From contig CAJQHK010000017.1 in assembly GCA_905478165.1 (NCBI GenBank), positions 1-59,949 on the forward strand: a stretch of 59,949 nt of DNA. Reading direction: 5' to 3'. The notes beneath the pieces are model-generated. The model did not search any database. It worked only from the letters and a program-made list of their open reading frames with translations, and had not been told where the DNA came from. The first letter of the stretch is position 1, and every line of letters starts with the position of its first letter. The translations under genes and the position numbers were made by a program. Source of the stretch: an uncultured Rickettsiales bacterium. GTDB taxonomy: Bacteria > Pseudomonadota > Alphaproteobacteria > Rickettsiales > UBA1997. Positions 42,546 to 54,454 of this stretch are shown piece after piece.

Positions 42546-42881
42546 GGGTGTTATTTTTTACGGACCCTTGGGGGTAGTCATATTTTTAGAAAAAATAGAT
42601 CAAAAAAGATGAATCTAGGTCATGTTATGTAAAAACTTATCTATAATACTGAAGTAAGTAACAGCATGATCTAAATTCTAATTACCAACAATACTTGCAC
42701 CTTATTAATTAAGGCAGTCGTTTTCTAGCGACCTTAACCTTAAAATATTTTTATATATAACATATTGTAAGTGGTATTGTGGGTGGGAATTGTTGTCATC
42801 AGTGGATTTTTAAAAGTTCCTATATATGGAGTTTAGATGGTATAAACTCTAGGTTCTAAAAATTAAAATATTAAATAATCT

Positions 42882-43100
42882 TTATATTATTTTAAATATT
42901 AATCCAAATAAATTATTTGTAACTATTTTTAGTTCAGAAAATAAATTATCAACCGCTTTTCCAGCATTTGATTCTGGATTAATATTTGTAATAGACAGTA
43001 TGTCTTCAATTGAAAAAAATCCAAATAAGAAAGATAGAAAAAATAATGCAGTTAAAAATATTGCTAATTGAAAAGTAATTTTAAGAGAAGCATTAACCAT
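42882..43100 (-). CDS. Small membrane hypothetical protein (72 aa)
   Basis: ATG start 12 bp after the nrdB stop; one TM helix plus an amphipathic tail. Confidence 0.55.
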   Translation of the reverse strand: MVNASLKITFQLAIFLTALFFLSFLFGFFSIEDILSITNINPESNAGKAVDNLFSELKIVTNNLFGLIFKII

Positions 43101-43112
43101 TTAATTGTTTAG

Positions 43113-44111
43113 TTAAATTATATCTAGTTTTTTTACTTTGTTCTCATCTATTTCAGAGAACACATCTTCCCAAGTACCTGTTGTTGAGGCTTTAGAATAT
43201 TCAGTAACTCTATTTTCAAAGAAGTTAGTATGCTCAACACCATTAAGAATTTCATCTAACCAAGGAAGAGGGTTGTCATCGATCATGTAGATCTCTTTTA
43301 AACCTAATTGTGAAAGCCTTCTATCCGCGATATATCTAATATATCTCTTAATCTCGCGCGCGGTTAATCCTTCAATATTACCCATTTCAAAACATAAATC
43401 AATAAAGGCGTCTTCATAATGAACAATGGTAGCGCATGCCTCATAAAGATTACCTCTTAATTCCTCATTCCAAACTTCTGGATTTTCCTTTACGAAAGTA
43501 TGAAATAATTTAATAATAGATTCGGTATGAAGCGACTCGTCTCTTACTGACCAAGTGACAATTTGACCCATTCCTTTCATTTTGCCAAACCTTTGAAAGC
43601 TAAGTAAAATAGCAAAAGATGCAAATAATTGCAGACCCTCAGTAAAACCTCCAAATACTGCTAATGTTGTGGCGATATCTTGATTAGTGCTGACGCCAAA
43701 TCTTTGCATATAATCATACTTGTCCTTCATTTCTTTATACTTCATAAAAGCAGAATACTCAGTTTCTGGCATACCAATAGTATCTAATAGATGAGAATAG
43801 GCAGCGATATGAACAGTTTCCATATTTGAAAAGGAGGCAAGCATCATCTGAACTTCAGTTGGCTGAAAAACCTGACTATAATGTTTCATGTAGCAATTAT
43901 TTACCTCAATATCAGCTTGGGTAAAAAATCTAAAAATTTGAGTAAGAATATTTTTTTCAGAAATAGTTAAATTATGTTTCCAATCACGGACATCGTCAGC
44001 CAAAGGAACTTCTTCAGGAAGCCAATGAATTTGCTGCTGCTTTAGCCAAGCATCGTAAGCCCAAGGATATTTAAAAGGTTTGTAAACAGGAGGTGAGTCT
44101 AGTAATGACAT
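43113..44111 (-). CDS. nrdB: Ribonucleotide reductase class Ia beta subunit
   Basis: HWLPEEV, FFTQAD, ETVH..AY (radical Tyr), EGLQLF, RDESLH, NFFE.RVTEY. Confidence 0.97.
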   Translation of the reverse strand: MSLLDSPPVYKPFKYPWAYDAWLKQQQIHWLPEEVPLADDVRDWKHNLTISEKNILTQIFRFFTQADIEVNNCYMKHYSQVFQPTEVQMMLASFSNMETVHIAAYSHLLDTIGMPETEYSAFMKYKEMKDKYDYMQRFGVSTNQDIATTLAVFGGFTEGLQLFASFAILLSFQRFGKMKGMGQIVTWSVRDESLHTESIIKLFHTFVKENPEVWNEELRGNLYEACATIVHYEDAFIDLCFEMGNIEGLTAREIKRYIRYIADRRLSQLGLKEIYMIDDNPLPWLDEILNGVEHTNFFENRVTEYSKASTTGTWEDVFSEIDENKVKKLDII

Positions 44112-44297
44112 ATAAAATATTTTTTTAACCCCGCTATAGGCAGGAATTACTGTTATTAAATAAAACTAATTTATCCAAATTATCTTATTAAGAACTATGT
44201 AAAAAAGTAGTTATTTTTACTTAGTTCTTAAAGGTAGGAATTGTTATTGTTGGATATTTAATTTTATAAACTATGTAAATAATATTCAACTGAATTT

Positions 44298-44981
44298 CTA
44301 TTCTATTTTGCGAATAATTTTATTAAGAATGGAGATGGAAAAGTTATCTATTTGTATAGAAAAATGATCAATTCTTTTGTTTAGAATATTAAAGAATATT
44401 ACAGCTGGAATTGCAACGAACAGTCCCATAGCCGTAGCAAATAAAGCTTCAGCAATTCCTGGAGCAACAATTGCTAGACTAGTATTACCGGAATCTGCAA
44501 TATTTTGAAAACTATTCATAATTCCCCATACCGTACCAAAAAGACCTATGAAGGGAGCGTTAGAGCCTATTATAGCTAAGATATTTGTTCCATATTCTAA
44601 GTTTTTAACAATATTATTTTCAACTATTTCTATGGCGCCCTTAATTCGGTTTGTAATGGATTCCAGCTTATTGTCAGCATGTTCCGTGTCTTTGGATTTG
44701 CTCAGTTGCCACTCTTTTATGCTGGCAATAATTATTCTAGATAGAGGATTTTTATTATTTCCCTGGGCAAGGGTTAATATGTCGCTCAATGAGTTTTTAG
44801 ATTCAAATAGCAGAATAAATTTCCACATTAATATTTTTAAAATAGAAAATTTTATTAATTTAAAAAATATTATAGACCAAGAGACAAGAGACATTAACAA
44901 TAATAATGCCATAACTGACTTTACTATTATATCAGCATCAGAGATTAACTCAATAATTTGTGAATTATTTTCAAATATCAT
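44298..44981 (-). CDS. tolQ: TolQ (MotA/TolQ/ExbB proton channel)
   Basis: ADIIVKSVM, APFIGLFGTVWGIMNSF, TSLAIVAPGIAEALFATAMGLFVAIPA; alternative start 44993. Confidence 0.93.
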   Translation of the reverse strand: MIFENNSQIIELISDADIIVKSVMALLLLMSLVSWSIIFFKLIKFSILKILMWKFILLFESKNSLSDILTLAQGNNKNPLSRIIIASIKEWQLSKSKDTEHADNKLESITNRIKGAIEIVENNIVKNLEYGTNILAIIGSNAPFIGLFGTVWGIMNSFQNIADSGNTSLAIVAPGIAEALFATAMGLFVAIPAVIFFNILNKRIDHFSIQIDNFSISILNKIIRKIE

Positions 44982-45544
44982 TGATTTATACATTTTGTTT
45001 TATCCCAGCATTTTCCGGGGCCGCAATCGCATGATCTGGTAATTACTTGCGCGCAAACTGAGCTTCGCGTTACATTACAATTGTCGGCGCAACCATTTCT
45101 AAAATCTACCATTTTTCCTCCGTAATTTTCGCATTGATTAGCTACTTCCCCCTTTATCTTAACAGACAGATTATCTATAAAATTATAAAACTTATTATTC
45201 TCTTCGGGTTTAGTTGCTTTTAGTTTCTTTGTTGTAGTAATTTCCGTTTTATATGTTTTATATTCCTTGTTTTTAAGATTTTTAATTTCGATACATTCGT
45301 TATTTTGCCAACACTTACCCTCTCCGCAATCGCAATTATATTCTAAAATTTGATAACAAGGGGTGTTTTTATCAATTTTTTTACTACAATTATCGTAACA
45401 AGTATGGTTAAATATTCTCCATATTCCGCTTGATTCAGTGCAAAGGTTTTTGTTTCCTGTAGCAGATATTGAGTCGAGCGAGAATATAATAAGTATATAA
45501 AAAAATAATGAACTTAGGTTTATAGCAGCTTTTAACTTTAACAT
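44978..45544 (-). CDS. Secreted cysteine-rich protein with two 8-Cys repeats
   Basis: Signal peptide ending DSISA; two units C-x13-C-x-DN-C-x7/9-C-x-Q-x5-CDCG-x-GKCW-x4-CI. ATG at 45544 preferred because the longer ORF start lies in a repeat remnant. Confidence 0.8.
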   Translation of the reverse strand: MLKLKAAINLSSLFFYILIIFSLDSISATGNKNLCTESSGIWRIFNHTCYDNCSKKIDKNTPCYQILEYNCDCGEGKCWQNNECIEIKNLKNKEYKTYKTEITTTKKLKATKPEENNKFYNFIDNLSVKIKGEVANQCENYGGKMVDFRNGCADNCNVTRSSVCAQVITRSCDCGPGKCWDKTKCINQ

Positions 45545-45619
45545 TACACTTGTTAGGTAAATTTTTTTACTAAAATTAACCTGTCTAAATATGATGTTAA
45601 GGATGGGAGTCGGTATCAT

Positions 45620-46720
45620 TTAAATATTATCTTTTATTGACCTAAGAATCTGCTCCCCCATTTGGGTAGTTGATATTATTTTTTCACCATTTTTTGCAAT
45701 ATCTTTAGTCCTATAATTTTGATTGAGGGTGTCCTTTATGGCGTGGTCAATTAAATCAGCTTCTTTTTGATAATCAAATGAGTAGCGAAGCATCATCGAT
45801 AGACTTGAGATTGTTGCAATTGGGTTGGCAATATTTTGTCCCGCTATATCTGGGGCCGATCCATGAACTGGTTCGTAAAGGGCGTATTGTTTGTTACCTC
45901 TTTTTTCTCCAAGAGAGGCGGAAGGTAACATGCCAAGAGATCCGGTAAGCATTGATGCGGTATCCGAAATAATATCACCAAACATATTGGTTGTAACGAT
46001 TACGTCAAATTGTTTTGGATACCGGACCAACTGCATAGATGCATTGTCTACATACATATGAGTTAGCTCAATGTCAGTATAATTTTTGGCAGTTTGTGTC
46101 ACTTGCTCTCTCCACATTTCAGTTGACTCTAAAACATTAGCTTTGTCAATTGAACAAAGTTTTTTATTTCTTTTCTGAGCCAAATCTAACGCTACTTTAG
46201 CAATTCTATCAACTTCTTTTGAGTTATATTTTAGCGTATTAAATCCGGTTTTTGTTCCATCACTTTCTGTAATCACACCCCTAGGTTCTCCAAAGTAAAT
46301 ACCACCAGTCAATTCTCTGACGATCATAATATCTAAGCCAGAAACAATCTCGGATTTTAAAGATGAACTGTCAATTAGGGCGTCAAAAACAATCGCTGGA
46401 CGTAAATTGGCGAATAATTTTAGTTCTTTTCTGATTCCAAGAAGACCTCTTTCTGGCCTAACATTATAAGGTAACTCTTCCCATTTTGGACCGCCAACTG
46501 CACCAAGTAATATTGCGTCAGACCTTTTTGCTTTCTCTAAGGTTTCGTCTGGAAACGGCGTTCCTGTTTTATCGTAAGCGATGCCACCAAGTAAAGCGTA
46601 ATCTATGTTAAATTGTTTATTCGTATTTTCCGATAAGAAATCTAAGATTTTTTTGGCTTCAGCGACAACTTCTGGACCTATGCCGTCACCTTCTATAAGT
46701 AATATATTCTTTCTAGTCAT
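45620..46720 (-). CDS. leuB: 3-isopropylmalate dehydrogenase
   Basis: [59 protein letters not shown]. Confidence 0.98.
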   Translation of the reverse strand: MTRKNILLIEGDGIGPEVVAEAKKILDFLSENTNKQFNIDYALLGGIAYDKTGTPFPDETLEKAKRSDAILLGAVGGPKWEELPYNVRPERGLLGIRKELKLFANLRPAIVFDALIDSSSLKSEIVSGLDIMIVRELTGGIYFGEPRGVITESDGTKTGFNTLKYNSKEVDRIAKVALDLAQKRNKKLCSIDKANVLESTEMWREQVTQTAKNYTDIELTHMYVDNASMQLVRYPKQFDVIVTTNMFGDIISDTASMLTGSLGMLPSASLGEKRGNKQYALYEPVHGSAPDIAGQNIANPIATISSLSMMLRYSFDYQKEADLIDHAIKDTLNQNYRTKDIAKNGEKIISTTQMGEQILRSIKDNI

Positions 46721-46810
46721 TTAGTTTTAATTAATTTTTTAAAAATCTCTAAGAAAATTTATGTACTGATGTAAATTTTTTAAAAGACAGTATTTAGATT
46801 ATCACTTGCC

Positions 46811-47308
46811 TTACTCAGACATCTCCTCAATACATTTTGCAAATTCTTTTATCAAATCCTGATATAAATTCTTTTTAAAATCAATTACTAAATTAGGTAT
46901 TTCCATTATATCTTGTTGCCATTTCCATTCTGAGAATTCTGGCTTATATTGATCTAGGTCAATAGAATTGTCGGTACCAGTAAATTCAACGAGATACCAT
47001 CTTTGCTTTTGACCTATATATCTACCTTTCCAGACCTTCTCTATCATTTTTATTGGCACATTGTAGTAGAAGTAATTTTTGGATATGTTTAATATTTTTA
47101 CATCTGTTTTATTAATTCCCGTCTCCTCTTCTAGTTCACGATACATAGCACTTTTCTCGGACTCTCCTGAATCTACACCTCCTTGTGGCATTTGCCAATA
47201 TTCACTTACAATACTTGATATTCTTTTGGCGATAAATATTTCTTTATTTTTATTCACTATCATAATACCAACGCATGGGCGGTATAAGTGGTCTATGCTT
47301 TTATCCAT
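46811..47308 (-). CDS. rppH: RNA pyrophosphohydrolase
   Basis: YRPCVG, WQMPQGG, RELEEETG Nudix box, GQKQRW, PEF..W.W, FKK. Confidence 0.95.
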   Translation of the reverse strand: MDKSIDHLYRPCVGIMIVNKNKEIFIAKRISSIVSEYWQMPQGGVDSGESEKSAMYRELEEETGINKTDVKILNISKNYFYYNVPIKMIEKVWKGRYIGQKQRWYLVEFTGTDNSIDLDQYKPEFSEWKWQQDIMEIPNLVIDFKKNLYQDLIKEFAKCIEEMSE

Positions 47309-48474
47309 TTTATAATTTCTTTAGCTATGTTTTGTTTACTATTTTTAGCAATTTTAGCAATAATTTTATTTTTATCAACTATAGTAACTTCATTTTTATT
47401 AGAGCCAAATAATTTACCACCCTTTATGTTATTGGCAATTACAAGATCACAATTTTTGCGATTTGCCTTATCTATTGCGTTTTGAATAATATTATTACTT
47501 TCTGCTGCGAACCCAACAACAATTTTTGGTCTATTTTGACTATTGCCAATTTTATCCAAGATATCTGTGTTTAACTCTAGTTCAATATTTTTTATATTTT
47601 GGTGTTTTTTAATTTTAATGTTGGAATAATTTTTTGGCTTAAAGTCTGAAATAGCCGCTGCTGAGATATATATATCGGTATCTTGAATATTTTGATTAAC
47701 TTCTTCTAACATTTGACTGGTGGAGCTGGTTCTAATGATATTTTTATTTGGCAGATTGATATTTTCTTTAATATTGGATGCTATTAGAGTTACGTTTCCT
47801 CCCATTTGGTGCATAATTTCAGCAATTGCAATACCTTGCTTTCCGGATGAGTGATTACCAATAAATCGAACCGGATCTATGGGTTCGAAAGTTGCTCCAG
47901 CGGTAATAATAATTTTCTTACCAGAAAATTTCTTACTATCAGTAAAGAAGCTTTGAATTTTTTCTATTATATCATCAATATCCGCCATCTTTCCAGATCC
48001 AAATTCGCCACAGGCTAAAACATCTTCTTGCGGGGAGATAATTTGCACATTATTATTAATCAATTTATCTAAATTGTTTTTAGTAATTTTGTTTTCCCAC
48101 ATCTGCACATTCATGGCGGGAGCTAGTAATATTTTTTTATTTGATGCTAAGACGGTTGCAGAGGCGAGGTCATCTGCTAGGCCATTTGATATTTTAGCAA
48201 TAAAATTAGCTGATGCTGGTGCAATTAATATTAAGTCATTATCTCTTGAAAGATTGATGTGATCCATCGAGTTTTTGTCATCTGGTTTAAATAGATCTTG
48301 TTTTACTGCATTACCTAAAATAGAAGATACTAAGAGAGGAGTAATAAATTTCTCTGATTCCTTTGTTAAGATAACATCAATTTTAAAATCTATTTTTCGT
48401 AATAATCTGATTAATTCTAGGGATTTGTAGCAAGCAATTGAGGCTGTAATAATTAAGAGAATTTTTTTTTGCAT
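47293..48474 (-). CDS. coaBC: Bifunctional phosphopantothenoylcysteine decarboxylase/synthase
   Basis: SIACYK, HINLS, APAMN..MW, LACG, EPIDPVRFIGNHSSGKQG, VGFAAE. Confidence 0.96.
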   Translation of the reverse strand: MQKKILLIITASIACYKSLELIRLLRKIDFKIDVILTKESEKFITPLLVSSILGNAVKQDLFKPDDKNSMDHINLSRDNDLILIAPASANFIAKISNGLADDLASATVLASNKKILLAPAMNVQMWENKITKNNLDKLINNNVQIISPQEDVLACGEFGSGKMADIDDIIEKIQSFFTDSKKFSGKKIIITAGATFEPIDPVRFIGNHSSGKQGIAIAEIMHQMGGNVTLIASNIKENINLPNKNIIRTSSTSQMLEEVNQNIQDTDIYISAAAISDFKPKNYSNIKIKKHQNIKNIELELNTDILDKIGNSQNRPKIVVGFAAESNNIIQNAIDKANRKNCDLVIANNIKGGKLFGSNKNEVTIVDKNKIIAKIAKNSKQNIAKEIIKWIKA

Positions 48475-48720
48475 TATTTATTAGAAAAATCTTTTTATTC
48501 CTAAATCATCAAAAGGGTCTGTCTGGAATAAAAATATCCATAGAGATTTTTTTATTCTTTTAAATTAGGAAGTTTAATTCACTTAAGATAAATGAGTGTC
48601 ACAAAGTTAAAAAATAGAACAATATCAGTGGAAATTTTAGATTCCAGTCAGCCCCTTAAAAAGACTTATGAAATTATAGTTATGATCCAATTATTTTTTA
48701 CAAATATTAGATAATATTTT

Positions 48721-49002
48721 TTATTTTATCATTTTTGGAACAGTATAATAGTCATATTTATTATCTGTAGCATTCGACATTAATTGTTCCGAGTCTTCAT
48801 TAGATTGCACAACATCCTCGAATAATGTTAGATTGTTAGAATGTACATTATTTAAGATTTCAACATTATCAGTATCTACATCTGACAAAGTGTCAACCCA
48901 GTCAATAATTTTTTTTAACTGGATAGATAAATCCTCTTCCTCTTCTTGTAAGATCTTTATTTTTGATAATTTTGCTATTTTTTTTATATTTATATCAGAC
49001 AT
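48721..49002 (-). CDS. gatC: Asp/Glu-tRNA amidotransferase subunit C
   Basis: IKKIAKLSKI, L..VDTDNVE, NA....YYTVPK. Confidence 0.9.
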   Translation of the reverse strand: MSDINIKKIAKLSKIKILQEEEEDLSIQLKKIIDWVDTLSDVDTDNVEILNNVHSNNLTLFEDVVQSNEDSEQLMSNATDNKYDYYTVPKMIK

Positions 49003-49032
49003 ATTTAATTTATAGATAATTTTGAAGTAACT

Positions 49033-49380
49033 CTACCTTAAACCTCCAAAGACCGAATTCCATAAGGCAACATTTCCATCGACATACTCTTCTCTCATAC
49101 AATACCAGTAGCCATAATTCCAGGCATTTTTGTATGTAGGTGAGCTTGCCATCTTCCAGCCATCTTGTTTATTTGACTTGTAGAATATTTTATAAAATTG
49201 GTTAGATCCAGAGGATGCTCCACTTTCACAGCCATGATCCCATCCGAGTTTAAAATCTGGATCAGATTTTGCTAAATCCCCTTTAAAATGATCCGTTGTA
49301 TTCGGAAATCTAAATGCTTTTACACTACAAGACGTCAATAGGGGTAATATTATTATTAATATGGCTATTTTCGATAACAA
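49033..49380 (-). CDS. Hypothetical lipoprotein (115 aa)
   Basis: Lipobox LLTSC, TTG start; aromatic motifs GWDHGCESG and YKNAWNYGYWYC; between gyrB and gatC on the same strand. Confidence 0.75.
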   Translation of the reverse strand: MLSKIAILIIILPLLTSCSVKAFRFPNTTDHFKGDLAKSDPDFKLGWDHGCESGASSGSNQFYKIFYKSNKQDGWKMASSPTYKNAWNYGYWYCMREEYVDGNVALWNSVFGGLR

Positions 49381-49412
49381 TATCAGTTATTTAGTATTAT
49401 TTTACAGAACTC

Positions 49413-51809
<2,397 letters not shown>

Positions 51810-51979
51810 TTATTTAAATTATTTATCTAGTATAAAGTTTTGCTTGATCAATTTTTGATAATTTTAGATCTTAAACTCGGACCAGCGCACTTAAAGCTTT
51901 TTAAGTAAAGCGATAGGGTATAATATCAATTATTAAATTTAACTACACACTCAGCTATTAACACTTCTCTTTAATATTT

Positions 51980-52036
51980 AACTTTTCTAAAAAAACTCAA
52001 AATAACCCAATATTCTAAGAGTTTTTTAGAAAAGTT
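51980..52036. repeat. Near-perfect 18-bp inverted repeat between divergent gyrB and rodA
   Basis: AACTTTTCTAAAAAAACTC ... GAGTTTTTTAGAAAAGTT. Confidence 0.55.
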
Positions 52037-52131
52037 TACTTTAAAGAAAAACTCTTTTTGCTAAATCAGATTTATTAGTTAAATTTGATAGTTAGTATAA
52101 TGCTGTAAATTTTGCAATAATCAATATAATT

Positions 52132-53250
52132 ATGCAACATCAATTAGACAAGGAAAGTGTTATAGGTAAAATAGCCAGATTAAATTGGTTCTTAATAGGT
52201 TCTATTGCCATTTTATCTTTAATTGGTCTGGCAATGTTATATTCTGCTGCTGGTGGTAATTACAAGGTGTGGATGTTAAGGCAGTTTATATATTTTTTAT
52301 TATTTTTTCCTGTAATGATATTAATTGCAATCACCGATATTAATTTTTGGTTTCGCCATATCTATAAGTTTTATTTATTAGGACTATTTCTTTTGTTGTT
52401 TGTTTACTTTTATGGGCATTATGCCATGGGTGCCACTAGGTGGTTTAGAATGGGCTTTATAACCATTCAGCCTTCTGAGATTATGAAAGTGTTTCTAGTA
52501 CTTTCTATAGCTAAATATTTTCATAATATTGAATCTGAAGATATTGAGCGGGTAAAATATATCATCACCCCCCTTGTTCTTATAATGTTTCCTGCTTATC
52601 TAGTATTCAAACAGCCTGATCTTGGTACTGCTTTAATTTTATTATTTGTAGGGTTTTTGATTTTATTTGTAGCTGGAGTTATGATGTGGAAATTTATTTT
52701 AACGGCGGTCATTGGTTTAATATCGACACCTATTTTGTGGTATTTTGTTTTGCGCAATTACCAGAAGGATAGAATTATAAATTTTTTTAATCCAAATAAC
52801 GACCCAATGGGTAGTGGTTACAATATTATTCAGTCGAAAATTGCTGTTGGATCAGGCGGTCTTTTTGGCAAGGGTTTTGTTAATGGGACCCAAACTCAGT
52901 TGGGATTTTTACCAGAAAAGCAGACGGATTTTATTTTTACTATCTTGTCTGAGGAGTTTGGTTTTGTTGGCTCTGTTTCTGTAATCCTTTTGTGCGCCTT
53001 AATTACTTTTATCTCAATTTTATTGGCTTCAAAAAGTTTAAATCAATATTCTAGATTAGTAATAGTCGGTATGAGTTCTATTTTCTTTTTTCATTCTTTT
53101 ATTAATATTGGAATGACTATTGGTCTACTTCCGGTTGTAGGAGCTCCATTACCTTTTATGTCTTACGGTGGGACAATAACTGCAACTATGCTGATAGGTT
53201 TTGGCTTTGTTTTAAACGTCTGCCTGTATCGGGATTCAGAATTAAAATAA
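52132..53250 (+). CDS. rodA: Rod shape-determining SEDS glycosyltransferase RodA
   Basis: LYSAAGG, MGATRW, IQPSE, QPDLGT, DPMGSGYNIIQSKIAVGSGG, FLPEKQTDFIF, LPFMSYGG. Confidence 0.96.
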   Translation: MQHQLDKESVIGKIARLNWFLIGSIAILSLIGLAMLYSAAGGNYKVWMLRQFIYFLLFFPVMILIAITDINFWFRHIYKFYLLGLFLLLFVYFYGHYAMGATRWFRMGFITIQPSEIMKVFLVLSIAKYFHNIESEDIERVKYIITPLVLIMFPAYLVFKQPDLGTALILLFVGFLILFVAGVMMWKFILTAVIGLISTPILWYFVLRNYQKDRIINFFNPNNDPMGSGYNIIQSKIAVGSGGLFGKGFVNGTQTQLGFLPEKQTDFIFTILSEEFGFVGSVSVILLCALITFISILLASKSLNQYSRLVIVGMSSIFFFHSFINIGMTIGLLPVVGAPLPFMSYGGTITATMLIGFGFVLNVCLYRDSELK

Positions 53251-53258
53251 ATTTTTTC

Positions 53259-53286
53259 TTGACTTTCTTAGGTGGCCGTAGATAAT
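53259..53286 (+). promoter_or_regulatory. Putative sigma70 promoter upstream of the pilin-like pair
   Basis: TTGACT-16 bp-GATAAT, about 155 bp upstream of the 53442 start. Confidence 0.3.
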
Positions 53287-53441
53287 TTGAAGAATTAATA
53301 TTGGTTTGTGGCGCTTGTTAACTTTATCGATAAGTTTAGTTTTTACTGTTCAAGGTTTGTGGTTAAAACTAAAATTTATTAGGGGTTTTGCAGATGTTAC
53401 TCAATTTAAATATTTTCAAATAAATCAAAAGTAAAATAGCG

Positions 53442-54401
53442 ATGAAAAAGAACTATAAATTAGGTTTTTCTCTAATTGAAATCTCAGTTGTGGTATTAAT
53501 TATAGGGGTTTTAATTGCTGCAATTACTACAGGCACCGACCTTGTAAAAAAGTCTAAAGTAGCTTCTGCACGTAACTTATCTTCAAATTCCGCAATATAT
53601 GGGATGAGCGATCTTGTGTTATGGCTTGAATCTTCTTTACCAACAAGTTTTCCAGCTGAAGGTGAGGGTGAGAGCGTAAAATTGTGGTCAAATAACTCAC
53701 CTTTTTACAATATTGGCTCCGCTATTGCAGATGGCGATAATGAAACCCCTATGTATAAAAGATACGCTATTAATCACACTCCTTCTGTTAGGTTTTTTTG
53801 TGATGTAATAAATAATCTAGATGTATGTAAAAGATATTTAAACGTCCATAGTATCTCTAGTTTGTTGGAGGAAACTGATTTAACTATTTTTATTCTTGAA
53901 AACAGGGACGCCGGACATGGTGCTTTGGAAAGACGTATAATAAGCACATCTAATGGTGCCGATTCAATTAGTGGTCAGGGTTTAAACATTTATTATGGTA
54001 CAGATGATAAGTTGACAGTTAGTAACTCAGACGGCAATTCCGTCTCTTCTACTGACGTCACTCCTGGGCCATCTTTACATTATTTAACTTTGTTCAATGA
54101 TGATGATTTTATGGTTAATGGCAATACTATTTTGCGAAAAGGTTTTAATTATTATCACAACAAAAGACTTCCTGAGTCTGGCTCCATGCCAAGCGTTACT
54201 ACTGTTATAAAGAGTGATAGCGACGTCAGATTTGATACCAACTCTATGGGAAATATAATTAGGATTGGAGATTCTGTTAAATCCTATATTGGTAACCTTC
54301 CTGAAATAATAATTTTTAATAGAAAGTTGAGGCAAAAAGAAATGATAGATATTTTCAATTATTTTGAAGCAAAATATAATATAGTTTTAAGTGACTCTTA
54401 A
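53442..54401 (+). CDS. Type IV prepilin-like protein with LamG/ConA-like domain
   Basis: Class III signal KKNYKLG|FSLIE plus hydrophobic helix; LVLWLES, YAINHTPSVRF, GNLPEIIIFNRKL..E..I.NY..KY. Confidence 0.85.
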   Translation: MKKNYKLGFSLIEISVVVLIIGVLIAAITTGTDLVKKSKVASARNLSSNSAIYGMSDLVLWLESSLPTSFPAEGEGESVKLWSNNSPFYNIGSAIADGDNETPMYKRYAINHTPSVRFFCDVINNLDVCKRYLNVHSISSLLEETDLTIFILENRDAGHGALERRIISTSNGADSISGQGLNIYYGTDDKLTVSNSDGNSVSSTDVTPGPSLHYLTLFNDDDFMVNGNTILRKGFNYYHNKRLPESGSMPSVTTVIKSDSDVRFDTNSMGNIIRIGDSVKSYIGNLPEIIIFNRKLRQKEMIDIFNYFEAKYNIVLSDS

Positions 54402-54454
54402 TACTAATCGTAGTAAGTCAATACATCTTAATTTAATATCAACATTTTAAAATT

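Noticed and set aside
45545-45619. N-terminal extension MIPTPILNIIFRQ of the Cys-rich ORF
   Set aside because: Overlaps a palindromic-repeat remnant; the ATG at 45544 gives a normal signal peptide.
53290-53440. Riboswitch or sigma54 promoter in the leader of the pilin-like genes
   Set aside because: Only weak AT-rich stems; no c-di-GMP riboswitch consensus, and TGGCGC lacks the downstream TTGC.
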